A stretch of 64,000 nucleotides of DNA from Octopus sinensis (Eukaryota). Positions within the stretch are counted from its first letter, which is position 1; the number at the start of each line of letters is the position of its first letter. Shown here in pieces: positions 27,150-40,588 of this stretch. The notes below the pieces were generated by a model. That model was not told the DNA's origin, searched no databases, and saw only the letters and a list, made by a program, of their open reading frames with translations. The translations under genes were made by a program, and so were the position numbers. The stretch covers positions 79,608,001 to 79,672,000 of the forward strand of contig NC_042997.1 of NCBI RefSeq assembly GCF_006345805.1, given 5' to 3'.

Positions 27150-27620
27150 GATCTACCGGCATCTCTATGATCTGTCACTCACCAAATGTCTCAGGCTCAC
27201 GGGAATGTTAGCAAAAGTAATGTTGATGCTTTTTAGCAAAATGCTTACATATATTGTACACCCGTCTCACGTTTTTTTTAGATCTGAAGACACCTGTCAG
27301 GTTGCACTACTGTAACTAATACAAAGATGGTTCTCATTATCAACTCTGTACGCCATAGTTCCGTTGTTTTCTACGCTTTTCTTTATGTACAGTCTTCTTG
27401 TCACTTCTTAAAATATCTAAACCGGCTTCTTGTCACTTCTTAAAATATATAGCCTCATTTTGGCAATAACAGTCTTTCCAGTTCACATCTAAACATTCTA
27501 CACTAGGACCTCATATGCACACAACCCATCCTCACAATAAATATGTGTATCAAGACTTTGAGAATAGTATTCAATAGTAACGTGGCAACTTAGTTTTTGT
27601 TCAAGAGCACAGAGATAATA
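27150..27620 (+). mobile_element. Old LINE RT relic homologous to 10500-10890
   Basis: Nucleotide alignment by eye to the reverse complement of 10640-10890. Degenerate RT-like translation. Confidence 0.45.
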
Positions 27621-27772
27621 AATCACTACACATATCAAGGACACGTTCTTGTACTTCCTCCTCAACCTTCAAGGTCTCTATGAACATTAGAACTACACAT
27701 ACACATATCTATACACACATATATGCATGTGTACACATATTTACATATATGTGCATATATATATGTTCATAT

Positions 27773-27835
<63 letters not shown>

Positions 27836-29559
27836 CATACATACGCATACATATATATGTATATGTATACACAGACACGGGCACAGACACACACACACAC
27901 ACAAATACATCTGTGCATACATATATTGCGCTTAAAACCAGGATAAATCTTCCAATCCAATAACTATCTCGGACTTAATAAGGAATGACGCTGCTGCAAC
28001 AAGTAGACACATTCGAAACTGCTATATTAAAAAAAAACAAAAGAACAAAAGCGCCTTTCAAATATTTGGCGGTGGTTCACTCACCAGCACACCTCAACTT
28101 CTGGCTCGCTATGTGCGGTCTCCTTTCTTTACCCATTTTTAAAAATTTATACTAGAACAATTTCTGCACATCTGAATTAACATACTAAATCCTAGAGTTG
28201 AAAGGCTTGGTATTTACTCTGCGTCTATTTAATCCTCCTTCTCGCACCACCCTAACTGTCTTTTACTCCAGAACTCCACAATGAGCACTTCTTCCAGTCT
28301 TTTCTTCAGAAAATTTCAAGCTCTTCAATTCACTGCAATCTCACTATTTTCCTTCGTAGACATTAACCAATCGATGTTTAAATATTTGCATTAATCTCAC
28401 GATTGTGCAGGTGAGGAAAAGGCTAATGGGCATTCCCCACTCTTGCTTGACTAACTCATATAAAATTATATGGAGCTTTGGTTAACGGAAATGAATATTT
28501 CCTTTATTGTCTTATTATCGGTGACAGGAACAAGAACTAAGAGTCAATGTATGAAAACAGAGTTATTTCCATTCCTAGTTGAAAGCAAATTACAATTCAT
28601 TAAATCTCTAAATGAATTTTCTTGGAAAAACTATGAGTCTCTCTATAACTCATTTGTCCATAACCAGATATTATAGGATCTTGTTCCTAGTCGAAGATAC
28701 TTATATACTAACTTTAATTTTAATAATGGTATCAGTGAGAGTATTCAATAAGTCTTTGCTATATTGCTCGTTATACGTTATTTTGAAACCTATACACACT
28801 GATAATTATTAGTGTGTATAGCTTTGAAAATAAGTTATCAATGACTGAATGATAGCTAACAGCTATCGACTCTCTGTTTATATCATTCATTTGATGACAA
28901 ATAGGTACAATAAATTTAGTGAGACGCAGGGGCTTGGACCGAATGTCTTGAAGAATTTGTTCTTGTTATTTTCGCTCTGAATTCAAAACTGACTACTTGG
29001 ATTAGCATAAGCGGTCGCCCAGTTAAAAATCGTCACTTGTTCCTTGGGTACCTTTATCAATACTTTCTTAAGATGTAAAGGATAATAAACAAAACAAGAC
29101 ACAAGCCTTCAAAACATTGCTACCAAGCAGGTAGCAGGGGAAAATTAACTCCAAATTAAAAAGAGAAACATACATAAATATATGTCTGCGTATATATGTA
29201 AGCATGCATACACGTATGCATGTACGTATGCATTATATATACACAAACATATATATACACACACACGTTACATACATATACATACCTGCTTACATGCATA
29301 TGTATACGTTTATTTGCTAATAGGAATAAATTATTAATCATAAATGTTGCAATCTGACAACAAAATTACGATGTTGATTTTTAAAATTATCGAAATACAC
29401 AAACTATTATTTTTGATATCCATTAAAAATACTCATTTTGAGGTCAGATTGACAAATCCATCCAGTAGTAGCACTCTGAGTTTTGTCAGAAACTATCTCC
29501 AAAAGCCGGTACTATGTATTTGTAAAGAAAGCATATAAGATTCTCTTAATTAGTGTCGA

Positions 29560-30240
29560 TTCAGCTACGACCAACAGATTCATTCTTCACTTGCCGCAAA
29601 GTGCCAATTGAAATAGCAAACACATGATGGACTTTATGAAACACCACAATCTAATTGCTATTAATGCAAGGCTTCAGAATCGTACAGTTAGGCCTTGGAC
29701 ATGTCGTCGTTCATGTAGCAACAGGAAAAAAGTCGATTAATAGCAAAAAGTTGCTTACATAGAACTCTTTTGAGAACTGAATCTGAATACAGGAAGGTAA
29801 GTTACTGCAAGATAAGTACCAGTTAGAGTTCCTATGAAACAAAGCGACAAAGGAAATGTAGCAGGTGATGCTAACCTATCCGAGATGTTTACATTTTTAG
29901 TACACAACAGCTTCATCGCTTTCTGGGATGAACTTGAGGAAAAGAATTGCAGCAGAGCTGTATGTAACACACTAGCCACTACCAACAGGGATATAGCAAT
30001 GGGATTGCTATCAAGGAGACACAATGAGAAGGTTAAAAGGGTCCGAAAACGTTTAAAGAAAGTTGCCAAAAAACATTTTTCGTGCTCCATTAGGAATGCT
30101 GAAATATAACTCAAATTAAGTTAAAACACTTGATGAAGTGTACAAAGTGGAGCCAAAAGTACACATTAAGTCCAAAACTGAAGAAGTCTACGATCTCCAC
30201 AACGAAAACAACTTATTGCCGCCTAAGAAGCTCTGAAGAA
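29560..30240 (+). mobile_element. Decayed RTE-type LINE endonuclease region
   Basis: Translation NSKHMMDFMKHHNLIAINARLQNRTVRPWT resembles the NG.LLDF..NL.I.NT.F..R..WTW motif of RTE APE domains. Confidence 0.5.
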
Positions 30241-30289
30241 ATTTCTAGCACGACAGCTTTTCCAGTGATCTACATTATGTGGGAAACCA

Positions 30290-30640
30290 CCGGCAACATC
30301 TAGTTTCAGCACTTTATATTGCTACGTGGAAGCAAGATGAAAAAAATCTAATTGGGCTAGAGACCAAACCAGTAATTTATTTTATGTAAGATAACTGAAT
30401 TGAAAAAAATTAATGAATCACTATTTCTCCGTACAGAAGTACCCCACTGGCTCCTGTGGACTTCTGGTTTACCTCTAGCACTAAAGAGATTTTCCAATGT
30501 GAAATAAAGGATTTTCTACAGTTCAAAGAATGTCACGCTTCGTTGACCTGATGCTAAACAAAAATGTGGAACATTGTCCTGATATCTTTATACGTAAATA
30601 CTTTATCATGAGTATCCCAATTGATTGGCACCCTTTCAAA
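30290..30640 (+). mobile_element. Highly decayed mariner remnant
   Basis: PYRSTPLAPVDFWF near 30430-30470 resembles YSPDLAP.DFWLF. Confidence 0.4.
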
Positions 30641-30740
30641 GACAAAAATGGTTTGTTTTCATTTCACGAAGTTAGCCAGTTTTAGATTCATTGTTGTTAT
30701 ATCCAAAAGTAAAACAAGAGCTCACATGTGGATTTCTCGG

Positions 30741-30867
30741 GTTGGGACTGGAAATGACTAATATAATGAAAATTTAGATACATAACCATGTTTGGCGAAT
30801 ATATATATATATTCGCCAAACATGGTTATGTATCTAAATTTTCATTATAGTCATTTCCAGTCGCAAC
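30741..30867. repeat. 127-bp near-perfect palindrome centred on (AT)n
   Basis: The arms differ by one substitution and one 3-nt indel. Confidence 0.92.
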
Positions 30868-30878
30868 ACACACATTCA

Positions 30879-30978
<100 letters not shown>

Positions 30979-31118
30979 ATATGCATGTATGTACATGCAC
31001 AATTGTAAATGTGCGTGTATATATATATATATTAAATTAGAGATAAAACCACTATTAGGCAAATCAAACAGTGCAAAACATAAACCAAAACATAAAAATA
31101 AAAATAACTAATATAACA

Positions 31119-31341
31119 TACTCTTTTACTCTTTTACTTGTTTCCGTCATTTGACTGCGGCCATGCTGGAGCACCGCCTATAGTCGAGCAAATCGACCCC
31201 GGGACTTATTCTTTGTAAGCCCAGTACTTATTCTATCGGCTTCTTTTGCCGAACCGCTAAGTGACGGGGACGTAAACACACCAGCATCGGTTGTCAAGCA
31301 ATGCTAGGGAGACAAACTCATACACACACATACACACATAT

Positions 31342-31412
<71 letters not shown>

Positions 31413-31570
31413 TACTACAGGCTTCTTTCAGTTTCCGTTTACCAAATCCACTCACAAGGCATTGGTCGGCCCGGGGCTATAGCAGAAGACACTTGCCAAG
31501 ATGCCACGCAGTGGGACTGAACCCGGAACAATATGGTTGGTTAGCAAGCTACTTACCACACAGCCACTCC
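31119..31570 (-). mobile_element. SINE family A, full length
   Basis: The minus strand begins ggagtggctgtgtggtaagtagcttgc, has a B-box-like ggttcagtccc, a central (AT)n/(AC)n and a (gagtaaaa)n tail. Confidence 0.9.
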
Positions 31571-31849
31571 ACAAAATGTCATATAAAATATAAAATATAA
31601 AAATTTAAATTATTTAAATTTAAAATTAAAATTATTAATTTATATTTATAAATTCTTATATATATATATTTTATTAAATATATATAACTATCAAAAAGTA
31701 TTAAAACGTTTCGAAACATACATAATATATGAGACAAAAAGAACAGGGCAGGCTGCATATGCATACTCGGGACGTCTATATATCAGGTGATATTATAGAA
31801 ATATATATATAAACTGGTGAGGTAATCTGGAACTCGACTGAGGATAGAA

Positions 31850-31987
31850 AGCTCCAAATGATCCGTCCTTATTTTTTCCTGTCCTTTTTTGTATCGTCTA
31901 ACTGTCCGGATGTTTTGTTGTCGCCTGTTACGTTCTTGTTCCATCTTTTGTTTTGTTTTGTGTGTGTGTATATATATGTGTGTGTGT

Positions 31988-32024
<37 letters not shown>

Positions 32025-32224
32025 CGTTGGGGGTGTGACCGTGTGTGTATCGTTGGCGAATTTCTTTCTCTGTCTTCCCTTCTTTGAACTTTTTCTATAT
32101 TTCTGATGAAGAGCTCCGCTCGAAACGTGCAATCCTTTCTTTTCTTTCCTTTCCTGAGCGTCCAATAACACAGTATTGTAACACGTCGGCGTGTTGCTTT
32201 TTCTTGTATGTTCTTGTTCGTATT

Positions 32225-32230
<6 letters not shown>
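31850..32230 (+). mobile_element. PLE pLTR of the same family as 648-960, with a probably inactive hammerhead at about 32099-32133
   Basis: CUGAUGA-A-GAGC(UCC)GCUC-GAAAC-GUG. The core and stem II are perfect but the triplet is GUG. Shares the downstream cctgagcgtc...aataacac with 890-915. Confidence 0.7.
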
Positions 32231-32262
<32 letters not shown>

Positions 32263-32962
32263 TATAATATATATATATATATATTATATATATATATGCA
32301 TGTATGTATGTATGTATGTATGTATGTATGTATGTATGTATATTGCATTTACAAATACATAATATATGAAACAAAAGGAACAGGGCAGGCTGCATATGCA
32401 TACTCGGGACGTCTATATATCAGGTGATATTATAGAAAGCTTCTGTCGAAGGCACATAACAGCCGATCATGCAATCCTTGTAAGTCATCCCGCTGCACAC
32501 CTTCGAAGTTAGCCAAGAGAAAGGTAAGTGTATATATATTTTTTCCACCCGTATCGTCGCAGGCATTACCATCATAATCTAAATAACATGAAAAGATACT
32601 GCAAAGCATACCGATCACGGTCAAAAAATTACGACAGTCCACTCATCTAAACTGAAATTTGTTGAATGGAAAGTAAAGTTGACCTCGACAGGATCTGAAC
32701 TCAAAACGCAGAAAACTGAAACAAAGTATTATATCGTAACGCATTTTATACAACTACTCTAACAACAGTAAAATTTTCCCCCTCTCGTTCTATCAATCTG
32801 TACACACACATACACACACATACACACACACACATATGTATGTGTGTGTATACATTTATATATCAATATAATACATATGTGGTTACACATATACATACAC
32901 GCAAATATACATATATAACTATACTTATACATTATCTATCTATCTATCTATATGTATATATA

Positions 32963-33053
<91 letters not shown>

Positions 33054-33711
33054 GTATGTTTGCGCGCGCACACATACTCATAGAAATATGCTCACATACA
33101 TAGAAACACGTGTGGGTACATGAGTGTATGCGAGCGTGTATGTTTTGTGCGCGTGTGAGAACAGTATATACGAATCTCAGCTTTAGAGAACATTGTGACC
33201 CTGACGCAACCTACGTTATGCAGCTAATCTACACTTGACAGGTGTACCACCTTACCATATACGTATACTTACAAGAAAGAAAGAATGGGAAAACGAGACT
33301 TAGCGTGTGTGTGTGTGTGTATGTATTAATACTTATGCAAATGCGATTCTGTGTGCGCGCGAGCGTGTGTGCGTGCGTGCGTGTGTGTGTTTGTGTGTGT
33401 GAGTGTGTGTGTGTGTAATAGGTATAACACCTATTACATGCTCAACTTGCTATATACTGCGGGGGTGTTGAAACATATTTTACATTCATGAAGGTATTCG
33501 GCACCAGAAATACTACATAGTTATATAACTATTTTTTTTTACTTTTAATATATGCCAATTAACCGATTGCAGGATATTTGCTATTAATTGTTTAATGTAA
33601 TTTTTTTATTGTTCATATTTTAAGGAAGTCTATAATCTATCTCAGACTAAGGCGTAGTCATTAAATTGCCAGCGAAAACTCGTTTCATTATGAGAAAATA
33701 GGCAAAAATAA

Positions 33712-33781
<70 letters not shown>

Positions 33782-34066
33782 ATGTACATATATAATATAT
33801 ATATATATATATGTACATTATATATATATAATTTACACATATATATATATATATATAAGTACATATATAATGTACTGTTCCGTGATAAAAAAATTAACAA
33901 AGAACTACTCCATCAGGTGAGAGGTAAATATTATTTATTTCAAGGGCACAATACATGCATTTAACTGCTATGATAGTTTCATATCGTGAGAAATACTCAA
34001 ACGTTTTCTTCAGGCGCAAACCACATATCGTAACGAACTTTAAATAAACACTCCACAAACTCACTC

Positions 34067-34135
<69 letters not shown>

Positions 34136-34326
34136 ACACACACACACCACACACACACACACCCACACATATATTTAAAAATTGAGAAGACGAGTTAAGA
34201 ACAGCTTTCTGCATGCTTTGTTAGTTCGCCGGTTTACTGTTGCGGTGCGCTCGAAGGACGACTCCCTCATTGCACTGGGTGTTAAACTGAAAGTCACAGA
34301 AAGGCAGAACAACTCACCTAAGATCC

Positions 34327-34362
<36 letters not shown>

Positions 34363-34368
34363 ATATAT

Positions 34369-34673
34369 ATTTCAAAATAGAAAATTACCGTTTAACAGGC
34401 AATTTTTACATGCTAGAAATAGCAGTCAAACACGGCCAAAGACCACAATTTTATAGCAAATTTCGAAGTAAATGAAAAATAAAAACCTTTACCTTTTCAT
34501 TTACTTCGAAATTTGCTATAAAATTGTAGTTTTTGGCCGTGTTTGGCTGGTATTTCTAGCATCTAAAAATTGCTTGTTAAAGGATAATTTTCTGTTTTGA
34601 AATACGAATATGTTGTCTCTTGACTTTTTATATGCTAGGCCACTGGTGGTGATATTTATAACGAGTATTCGCC

Positions 34674-34730
<57 letters not shown>

Positions 34731-35209
34731 CTTATGAATATGTTCTTAGCATTCTCAAAGTTTCAGCTCGGTATTGTATCTATTGCTGACTGTAAATGCG
34801 CTTGAGCGCGATATTTGAAAAACTATAGCATATAATGATGGGACACGTGTTATTTTGTCTCTGAAATATAAGTTAGTTGTTTAGGCCGGTTAATGACGAG
34901 AATTCGCCTGGTAGATAATATGGTCTTGCTAAATTATCTATTAAAATATGGCAAGCAATATTATTTGCTAAAGAAATTCGAAACCATAGTATAACCGTTA
35001 TATAACAAGGTAAAGGTTTTTATTTTTCATTTACTTCGAAATTTGCTATAAAATTGTGGTTTTTGACCGTGTTTGGCTGCTATTTCGAGCACGTAAAACT
35101 TGCCTGTTAAAGGGTCATTTTCTGTTTTGAAATACGAATATGTTGTCTATTGACTTTTTATACATGCTAGGCCACTGGTTGTGATATTTATAACGAGTAT
35201 TCGCCACCC
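34369..35209. repeat. Three copies of an unclassified ~200-bp repeat (one inverted, two direct)
   Basis: Copy 1 on - at 34369-34493; copies 2 and 3 on + at 34494-34677 and 35009-35209. Both + copies end in acgagtattcgccaccc next to a microsatellite. Confidence 0.8.
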
Positions 35210-35253
35210 ATACATACATACATACAAACATACATACATACATACTACATACA

Positions 35254-35315
<62 letters not shown>

Positions 35316-35355
35316 GTATATATATATATATATAATATATATATATATATATAAT

Positions 35356-35388
<33 letters not shown>

Positions 35389-35394
35389 TATATA

Positions 35395-35458
<64 letters not shown>

Positions 35459-35487
35459 CAAAGTAAGTTGGAAGTGAAAATATACAA

Positions 35488-36082
35488 GAAAGAGGATTTG
35501 AAAATGCAGAGGTCTTTTAAAGATGTTTATTGACTTGACCGGTCTCACTTTTTTAAAAAAGATCATCAAAAGTGAAACGTAAAGCTTTGTTGTGTTAAAA
35601 AATGGTTATCGTAATTGTATTAAAATACAGTTATACAGTCTTTGATAATGATAAGAAAATGTTTAGAAATAGAATCTTTGACAATGATAAGAAAATTTTA
35701 AGAGAGGCTTTTTTGCTTAAACAGTTTACATGAAAGTGTTCAAAACAGGTAGTAAAATAAATTTATAATTATTTTAAGTTCATCAAAAATCATGGTTGTA
35801 TAGAAGCATATATACAGAAAGAATCATATTCAAGTATTTATACAAAATTTTAGGGAAATGACCAACTATTTCTTCCTTCATCTCAAGTTTTGTAATGTGT
35901 GTTTAAGGGATGTTTGCTATTTTTAGAAATAGTATGGGAGGTTGGTTGGTGGGGGAGAGCATTGTGGAATCAAAAGGATTTTTTGTTTCTGGGCAAGTCT
36001 GTCATGGTTCAGCGGTTTTTGGTGAAACTGGTCAAGTCAATAAACATCTTTAAAAGACCTCTGCATTTTCAAATCCTCTTTC
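35488..36082. mobile_element. About 600-bp segment bounded by 61-bp inverted repeats (MITE-like or PLE-derived)
   Basis: 35488-35548 versus the reverse complement of 36022-36082: 59/61 identical. Microsatellites lie close on both sides. Confidence 0.6.
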
Positions 36083-36148
36083 CTATACACACACGCACGC
36101 GCGCACGCGCACACACACACACACACACCACACACACACGCACGCACG

Positions 36149-36204
<56 letters not shown>

Positions 36205-37125
36205 ACACAAGAAAGTGTAACAAATGAACGAAAAGAGCACTTAACACATTTTGTAGGAGTTACATATATTATTTAAAATAGCTTGATTCGCCTTCATGTG
36301 ATTTAAAGTTTCGCAGGCCTCTAACAGAAACCCGTCTCCTTCAGGCTTTGGATTACCGAATGGAGAAATACAGGAAGTCAACGATGGTTACCGGAAAATA
36401 AGTTGCTATTGATTGAGGCAAGTTACATGATGTTGTCAAAGTGATATCAGTTGCCCATCGACACCTGTTTCTTTAGAAAAAGACAGGAAGCTGGTGGATC
36501 CTAAAATTCTGAGTGTGGCAGAAGTGAGTCTAGCTAGTATGTGAGAGTAAGTTTGTGTTGGTGTATGCGTGTCTGAACATTTATACGAAAGGTATGAATG
36601 CGTAGAAATGGGTGTGATTGTGTGTATGTATGCATCATTGCTAACTACATACGCGTGCACACGTGAACGCATTTAGGATGCGAGTATGGGTGCGTATACA
36701 TCTATATAAATAAAACTCAACTTGTGCGTCTGTGTGTGCATCTGTGTGTGTGTCTGTGTGTTTAACTTCCCGGCACATCTCCTCCTAGCCAACAAATCGT
36801 AGAACCACCAAAAATGAGTCACTTAAAGTTTAGGCGAATGAAAATTGAACTGCGCTATTTCTGTTCCGAAATTCATCTCGCAAGTGCAAAAATCGATAAT
36901 GTGTTTGTTTAGGCCTTATCCCATGCATTGAATAGTGAACTTTACTCAGTCAGCTGTTGACGTGAACTGTGTTCACCACGCGTGCAAGCATGCGTAAATT
37001 GCATGAAAAATAAAAAATCAAGATATAAAAACGAATCGCCGTAAATATTGTAGAAATTCGGCAAAGAAATGAATTTCGGGATGTAGCCTGGAGGGTTTTT
37101 CGTATTAATATATATATATATATAT

Positions 37126-37201
<76 letters not shown>

Positions 37202-37927
37202 AAACAAGTCAAAAATAGAAAATGCTAAGATGATTTTATAGTGAATCTTTCAGTACCGGTTTCGGTCATTTTGAGACCTTTTCAACTGTAACGATTAAAT
37301 AATTAAATTTTGAAAAATTTTGAAAAATTAGAAGAAAGGTTTTTTTAAAGGAATACTTCCATAGTAGTGTTCAGATATATGTGGCATTCTGCCTTTCTCT
37401 GACTCCCTTGTTTGCACTTGTGTATTCGAGGTCGTTGTGAGTTCTTGAGGGGGTGGAGTGGGAAAATCTGGGCTGGTCAGTGGCGACCGCAGTCGCTGCG
37501 TAGGCGTTATACTTAAAGACATTAGTGGGGGTAGAAGGTGGAGAAGTAGAAGAAGAAGAAGAAGATGACGGTGCCGATGATGATGACGATGAAGAAGAGG
37601 AAGGAGAAGGAGAAGATGACGATGATGATGGTGGTGATGACGATGACGACGATGATGATGATAACGATGATGATGAAGAAGAAGAAGAAGAGGGAGAAGA
37701 AGAAAAAAAAACAGAGAAGGGAGAATATGAATGGGTGAAGATATAGCTGTTTTGGGGCGATTAGTAATGGATTCTATGGAATGTAATATTTGTGTGTGTA
37801 TATATATTTCTTTTATTCTTAAGTTGAGCTATATTAATTGTTTGTCGTAGACCCGTTAAGAAGTGGCCTGTATTTTATAATAAAGAGATTTTCTTTACTT
37901 ATTCGTTGTCTCGAGGTTGTATCGTCC

Positions 37928-39663
37928 CTAAATTGGTAGAGGGGGAAAATTCTGAAGTTGGTGTTTTTTGTTGGCGCAAGTATCTATGTGTTGGCTAAAA
38001 GCTATTTTTCTGTTTTGGGGAATTTTTATCTGGGATCTGTGCAGGGCCATTCGTTTACGCAAACCATTTTTTGTTTGGCCTATGTACTGCTCTTGACACC
38101 CGGAGCAGGTTAGTGAGTATATTAGGTTCTCCGAAGCACATGTGAAGTTGCTTTTCACTGTAAACCGTTGTCCCTGTTTGAAGGAGAACTCAGAACCCTC
38201 GATTAGGTAGTCGCATATCCCGCAATTGGGTCTTCCACATTTTTTTACTGTCGGCTTCTGTGTTGAAGAGTGAATTCGGGCTTGTGTTAGAAGACTTTTC
38301 ATGGATCTAGGCTGTCTTTTGCTTTTTATGATCGTGTGTGTTTGGAGGATTGTGTTCATTCTGTGATCTTTTTTTAGGAGGGGTATGTTGTGGAGGATGG
38401 TGCCGAAGGCTTCGTTATTGAGAGGGTTGTGTGTGGAGATGTATGGTAAGGCTTTTGGTTGTAAGTTTTTCTTTGATTTGGGATGTCTCAGTTCCTTGAT
38501 GTTAAGTTGAAGGGCACGTTGAATGCACTTGTCAATAAGTGAAGGTGGATAGTTCCTGGTGATAAGGGTATCTTTTAGTTCTTGTAGTCGTGTGTCTCTG
38601 GTGTTTGCGTTAGAGACTATAGTGCATATCCTTTTTGCTAGATTGAAGGGGATATTCATCCTGGTGGGTCTGGGGTGGCATGAATTGAATGGAAGATATT
38701 GCTTAGAGTCTGTAGGTTTATAGTATATGTCTGTTTCTATTATATTATTAGCTTTCTTAATGAGGATATCGAGGAAGGGAAGTTGTTGCTGGCTATATTC
38801 CATCGTGAATTGGATGTTTACGTCCAGCCCGTTTAAAATTTCCTGGAATTCTATGAGTTTTTCTATATTTTTATGCCAAAGAATAAAACAGTCATCTAGA
38901 TATCTCTTCCAGTTGTTTTCTATGTAGATGGAGAAAGGGCTGCCATATCTTTCTAGAACCTTACGATATAGACTGATCTCTAGGTATCCTATGACTAGGT
39001 TGGCAAAGGAGGGGGCCATTCGTGTACCCATCGCAGTCCCCGATTTTTGTCGGTAGAAGTTGTCATTGAAGGCGAAGAAGTTATTTTCCAGGATGAATTT
39101 AACCCCTTCTATCACGAATTCTTTTTTGATGCGGTGTGGTAGTTCGTTGGCGTGATTCTCTAGCCAGAATTGGATTGCCTCTAGTCCTAGGTTGTGGGGG
39201 ATATTGGAGTAGAGGTTGACTACATCGAAGGATACCAGTATGGTGTTTTGGTTATAGTATTCGGTAGGTGACTGAGCATATCTAAGTCGTCCCTTATATA
39301 GCTTTTGACATGTTTGAGGAGTGGTTTTAACAGGGTGTCTAAAAAGTTACTGAGGCGGTGGGTTTCGCATGCGGGACCTGCTATTATGGGTCTCAATTTG
39401 AGGTCATTAGGATTAGGGACTTTAATTATTTTGTCTGTGGCTATCTTGCATGCGTTGCTTATTTTTTCACTTTTGTGGATCTTAGGTATACCATAGAATT
39501 GGCTAGTTTTACTTGTGAAATTGGTCATATAATCATATTCTTTGTCGGTGAGCCCTGCTTTGTATGGGTTAAATATGGATTTTAGTTCCCTCATTATTTT
39601 TTGTTGACTGTAGTTTTGTGCCTTTTCATAGTATGTTGTGTCTTCCAGCATAGAAAGAACCAA
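37928..39663 (-). pseudogene. PLE reverse transcriptase + GIY-YIG endonuclease (frameshift near 39220)
   Basis: FYGIPKIHK, LRPIIAG, GTAMGTRMAPSFANL, RYLDD, LPFLDI and YYKPT. Cys-rich linker CGRPNCGIC. EN motif LIYSLTCSGCQEQYIGQT...R...H. Confidence 0.92.
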
Positions 39664-39884
39664 AGTTATGTAAAAGTTATATATATATATATATATACAT
39701 AGATATATATATATATATCGTGACGTATTTTTGCCATTTCAATATGGCTAACCCCTAAGGGTGGATGCTACTGTAGTTTTTAGCCCCAGGAGGACACACT
39801 CCTCCAGCTGGCCATAGACACACTATCTGTGTCCTGTCAGTATTTGCAAAGGGAAGTCATCCTTCCCGTCTTCAACTTATGATA

Positions 39885-39929
39885 CACACGGACTCGAGTT
39901 TCGAGGTATTGACCTCTCGTCAGCGTGTG
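39885..39929 (-). ncRNA. Canonical type I hammerhead ribozyme
   Basis: Exact reverse complement of 40218-40262. Confidence 0.92.
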
Positions 39930-40217
39930 ACAATCATAGTTGTCGCCGAGAATTAGATTTCCTTCACAAATACTTGTACTTTTTCCAGCGTCCACTGTCG
40001 CTGATATTGAAAAAGTGAAATCAAACAATGATAAATATCAAAGTGAGTTATATACAGTAGCGGTAACACATCGTGACGTATTTTTGCCATTTCAATATGG
40101 CTAACCCCTAAGGGTGGATGCTACTGTAGTTTTTAGCCCCAGGAGGACACACTCCTCCAGCTGGCCATAGACACACTATGTGAAGGAAATCTAATTCTCG
40201 GCGACAACTATGATTGT

Positions 40218-40262
40218 CACACGCTGACGAGAGGTCAATACCTCGAAACTCGAGTCCGTGTG
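40218..40262 (+). ncRNA. Canonical type I hammerhead ribozyme
   Basis: CACACG-CUGACGA-GAGG(UCAAUA)CCUC-GAAA-C(UCGA)GUC|CGUGUG. Perfect 6-bp stem I and 4-bp stem II, palindromic ACUCGAGU stem III, GUC triplet. Confidence 0.92.
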
Positions 40263-40468
40263 TATCATAAGTTGAAGACGGGAAGGATGACTTCCCTTTG
40301 CAAATACTGACAGGACACAGATAGTGTGTCTATGGCCAGCTGGAGGAGTGTGTCCTCCTGGGGCTAAAAAACTACAGTAGCATCCACCCTTAGGGGTTAG
40401 CCATATTGAAATAGCAAAAATACGTCACGATGTGTTACCGCTACTGTATATAACTCACTTTGATATTT

Positions 40469-40509
<41 letters not shown>

Positions 40510-40513
40510 TATA

Positions 40514-40588
<75 letters not shown>

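Larger units (their letters stand above)
39717..40472. mobile_element. Cluster of direct and inverted PLE pLTR segments inserted in (AT)n
   Basis: Order A-B-C-D-A-B'-A'-D' (prime = reverse complement), with near-identical copies. Confidence 0.88.

Noticed and set aside
35280-35457. Recurrent TT/AA phase shifts inside long (AT)n arrays as an encoded pattern
   Set aside because: No periodicity is evident; slippage or consensus errors in low-complexity sequence explain them.
37525-37746. Acidic D/E-rich 73-aa ORF
   Set aside because: It is a (GAT/GAA)n low-complexity tract antisense to the PLE 3' region, with a non-ATG start.
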